A stretch of DNA of 64,000 nucleotides from NCBI GenBank assembly GCA_014360195.1, contig JACIXY010000003.1, positions 83,692 through 147,691 of the forward strand. Reading direction: 5' to 3'. Positions 61,405-64,000 of this stretch are shown piece after piece. The position numbers were made by a program, and so were the translations under genes. Source of the stretch: Bacillota bacterium. GTDB lineage: Bacteria; Bacillota; SHA-98; UBA4971. Position 1 is the first letter of the stretch. Each line of letters starts with the position of its first letter. Below the pieces are notes generated by a model, which ran no database searches, was not told the DNA's origin, and was given only the letters and a program-made list of their open reading frames with translations.

Positions 61405-62796
61405 TTACACATTGGCATGTCGCACGAGGCGGGCGATGAAGAAGCCATCCATCGCATGGATGTGAGGAAACGTTTCAACGTAGGGCAGGCCCTGCTCAGG
61501 GAAAGCCTGCGAAAACTCGCGGGGCAGATAGGGCTTTACGGAGTCGAGGGAGAAATCGGGGTGTTCTTCGAGGAACCTCTCAACGATCTGGGCGTTTTCC
61601 TCAGGTTCAATGCTGCACGTGCTGTAGACGATGACACCTCCGGATTTCACTTGCGCTCCGGCAACAGCGAGGAGGTTGGCCTGGGTCCTGGTAAGGTCTG
61701 CGATATCCTGGGGCTTTCTGCGCCACCTGAGGTCAGGCCGGCGCCTCAGCACACCCGTGCCGGTGCATGGCGGGTCCACGAGGGCTCTATCGAAGGGGCG
61801 GGATATGATGTCACCGGCTCCGGAAAGGAGACGCGTAGCGTCTCGAACGACGGTCGTGATGGAGTGAATGCCAAGCCTTTTCGCGTTTTGCTCAAGCAGC
61901 TTTATCCTGTGCTCATGCACATCGACGGCCACGATCTCGCCCCGGTCACCCATTCGTTCGGCCATGTGCGTAGTCTTGCCCCCCGGCGCGGCGGCAAGAT
62001 CGAGCAGCCGCTCACCCGGGACAGGACCGAGCACGTAAGATACGAGCATGGAGCTTGGGTCCTGCACGAAAAACTCCCCGTCGTGGTAAGAGCGGTGGTC
62101 AAACAGGCCGCCGCCGTCGCGGACCTCGATGGCCTCGGGAACGTGCGGCGATGGGCGCGCCTCGACGCCTGCGGCGGAAAGCTCCTCGAGGAGCCTGTCG
62201 CGGGAGGTCTTGAGCGTGTTCACCCGGACTGTTACAGGTGGATTCTCGTTATTTGCCGCGCACAGGCGCGCTGTTTCATCAAAACCGAACCGCGCGAGCC
62301 ACCGCGAGACCATCCACTCCGGGTGTGAGTACTTCAGCGCGATGTGGTCCACGGGCCGCGTAGCCGCATCGGGGAAAACAGCCTTACCAGGCTCCCGAAC
62401 CAGCGCCCGCAGAACGGCGTTCACAAAGGCAGCGGCGCCCGCGTGCCCGAATGCGCGAGCGATTTCCACCGACTCGCTCACGGCGACGGGCACCGGGACC
62501 TGCGCAAGGCAGAGGACCTGGTATGCCCCGAGCCGCAGAGCATTGCGCACGACCGGGTCCATCCTTTCGATGGGGCGCGCGGCGAAGACCCCGATCACAT
62601 GGTCGAGCGCCTTGCGCATCTTCGTCACGCCATATACGAGCTCGGTCGCAAGAGCACGATCGCGCGCCGAGAGGCGCGCGAGCCTCAGAGCGCGATCTCT
62701 TGCGATTGCAGCGTACGCTCCTTTTTCGTCGATCTCAATCAGTGCCCGCAGGGCGGCCCCGCGAGCGTTCTCTGGCACGTTCACGGGGAAAACCAT
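61405..62796 (-). CDS. rsmB: 16S rRNA (cytosine967-C5)-methyltransferase RsmB/Sun
   Basis: NusB-like N-terminus and the Sun methyltransferase core (TCSIEPEENAQIV). Confidence 0.8.
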   Translation of the reverse strand: MVFPVNVPENARGAALRALIEIDEKGAYAAIARDRALRLARLSARDRALATELVYGVTKMRKALDHVIGVFAARPIERMDPVVRNALRLGAYQVLCLAQVPVPVAVSESVEIARAFGHAGAAAFVNAVLRALVREPGKAVFPDAATRPVDHIALKYSHPEWMVSRWLARFGFDETARLCAANNENPPVTVRVNTLKTSRDRLLEELSAAGVEARPSPHVPEAIEVRDGGGLFDHRSYHDGEFFVQDPSSMLVSYVLGPVPGERLLDLAAAPGGKTTHMAERMGDRGEIVAVDVHEHRIKLLEQNAKRLGIHSITTVVRDATRLLSGAGDIISRPFDRALVDPPCTGTGVLRRRPDLRWRRKPQDIADLTRTQANLLAVAGAQVKSGGVIVYSTCSIEPEENAQIVERFLEEHPDFSLDSVKPYLPREFSQAFPEQGLPYVETFPHIHAMDGFFIARLVRHANV

Positions 62797-62797
62797 C

Positions 62798-62923
62798 CTA
62801 AGTGAGGGTGCGTTAATCCTGTTGCGTCTTCCAGTAGTTGCTGGGTTGCCGGTGACTCAAAGAAAGAGTGCAACACCGGCAACCCCTCCCAAAAGTCGGG
62901 AGCATTTCCGCATCCTCACTTAG
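62798..62923. repeat. MITE-like repeat copy I, complete short form, wedged between rsmB start and the upstream gene stop
   Basis: CTAAGTGAGGGTGCGTTAATC...GGTTGCCGGTG...CACCGGCAACCCCTCCCAAAAGTCGGGAGCATTTCCGCATCCTCACTTAG. The right terminal repeat supplies the TAA stop at 62920-62922. Confidence 0.7.
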
Positions 62924-63615
62924 TCCCGGCGGCTGCCCCGGAGGATGAGGAGCCGAAGAAGTTGCGTCACCGCGACCGCGGTGGCCGCAAGGTAGGTCAT
63001 TCCGGCAGCGCTCAGCACCTGGCTGGCGTGGCGGAGCTCATCGGTCGTCATGTACCCGCCGTGCCTCAGGAGCGTCAGCGCCCTCCTGCTCGCGTCGTAC
63101 TCAACCGGAAGCGTCACGATGGAGAACGCAACGGCGCCGACGAAGAGCCAGATCCCCAGGGTCATCAGCCACTCGAGTCCGGTCCCCGCGAAGATGAAGC
63201 CTATGAGGAACAGCGGGAACGCGAGGTTCGAGCCAAACGTCGCCACCGGCACGAGGCTCGAGCGGATGGCGAGCGGCACATAGCCGGTCGCGTGTTGTAT
63301 GGCGTGACCGGCTTCGTGCGCTGCGACGCCGAGCGCAGCAAGTGAACTGCCGCTGTACACCTCGGGCGACAGGCGAAGGACCTTTGCCCGTGGGTCATAA
63401 TGGTCCTGCAACCTCCCTGGGATCTGTTCGATTCGCACAGAGCTGAGCCCGCTGCCATCGAGGATGTGCCGGGCCACCTCGGCTCCACTCACACCGCTAC
63501 GTGCCCTTACCCTGGAGTAGGTGTTGAACACGCTCTGCACCGTGCTCTGCGCCCACAAGGCGAACAGCATCGCAGGGAATATCAGAATGTAAGTGGGGTC
63601 CCAGAAAAACATCAT
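62920..63615 (-). CDS. Membrane zinc metallopeptidase (YpfJ / PF04228-like, HEAGH motif)
   Basis: AAHEAGHAIQH. ATG 63615 with RBS GAGGAGGG. Confidence 0.7.
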   Translation of the reverse strand: MMFFWDPTYILIFPAMLFALWAQSTVQSVFNTYSRVRARSGVSGAEVARHILDGSGLSSVRIEQIPGRLQDHYDPRAKVLRLSPEVYSGSSLAALGVAAHEAGHAIQHATGYVPLAIRSSLVPVATFGSNLAFPLFLIGFIFAGTGLEWLMTLGIWLFVGAVAFSIVTLPVEYDASRRALTLLRHGGYMTTDELRHASQVLSAAGMTYLAATAVAVTQLLRLLILRGSRRD

Positions 63616-64000
63616 CCAACCCTCCTCGGACATCGGTCCTTAGTTTGACCGCGTGAAACCGGTGCCGCTTCTTCAGGCGCGCGACACCTGTTACGGAATT
63701 GTCGTTCTTACCTAATTATAATCGACCAGGCGCCCGGATTAAACCCACTCCCCTCTCCGTGTCGAGTTCGGAGCTTGCTGCCGCCTTCCCAGGGACTTCC
63801 GGTGTTGCAGCCCGGGTTCCCACTCCCAGAGCCAAAACGGGTCTCGCGGAGCTTCCTAACAAAACTCAAGCACAGGCGGCCCGACACCCAATGCCAGTCC
63901 CAAAAGCGCTGCGGATTCCGGGCAACGAACTCAGTTCCCCACAACCGTACCCGGCTTCGCAGGGTGGCCACGGAGGTAGTCGGCAGCCGACATGCGCCTG

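Noticed and set aside
63660-64000. GC-rich segment at the window end with an 87-aa minus ORF (63708-63971); considered as a possible RNase P, tmRNA or other structured RNA
   Set aside because: No convincing match to RNase P, tmRNA or SRP conserved cores by eye, and it is truncated by the window edge. Undetermined.

Overview
This is a 64-kb window of a high-GC (about 65%) chromosome from an endospore-forming Firmicutes-type bacterium. It carries Bacillus-type sporulation genes in B. subtilis-like order with Symbiobacterium/Limnochordia-like composition. In window order, the content is:
- a partial PucR-type regulator;
- a thiolase/DUF35 pair;
- an F1Fo ATP synthase operon that begins at atpE, with no atpI or atpB upstream;
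- a tightly packed five-gene minus-strand operon: PHP phosphoesterase, a membrane AlkP-type phosphodiesterase, an M20 peptidase, a compositionally foreign P-loop-kinase/NDT-like fusion, and a PAS-GAF-GGDEF cyclase;
- a ~580-bp non-coding array of ten or more GAAGG motifs;
- hup, rodZ, ftsK/spoIIIE, and nptA-uppP-nptA;
- a sporulation block syntenic with B. subtilis mlpA...spoIIIE (ylzJ-tepA, rnj, dapA-dapG-asd-dpaB-dpaA, plus dapB and an M16 peptidase);
- spore cortex and cell-wall enzymes (SH3b-GH18, two NodB deacetylases, a SleB-like hydrolase);
- dinG, nfo, and steA-steB with GT2 and GT4 genes;
- a GDP-mannose glycosylation cluster;
- spo0A-spoIVB, rsmB, and a zinc metallopeptidase.
The most unusual feature is a MITE-like repeat family with 19-bp terminal inverted repeats (12 or more copies or fragments, in short and long forms). 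The copies cluster at synteny breakpoints, flank a 10-kb block as direct-repeat islands, and provide the stop codon of two genes. All coordinates come from manual reading and may be off by a few bases.
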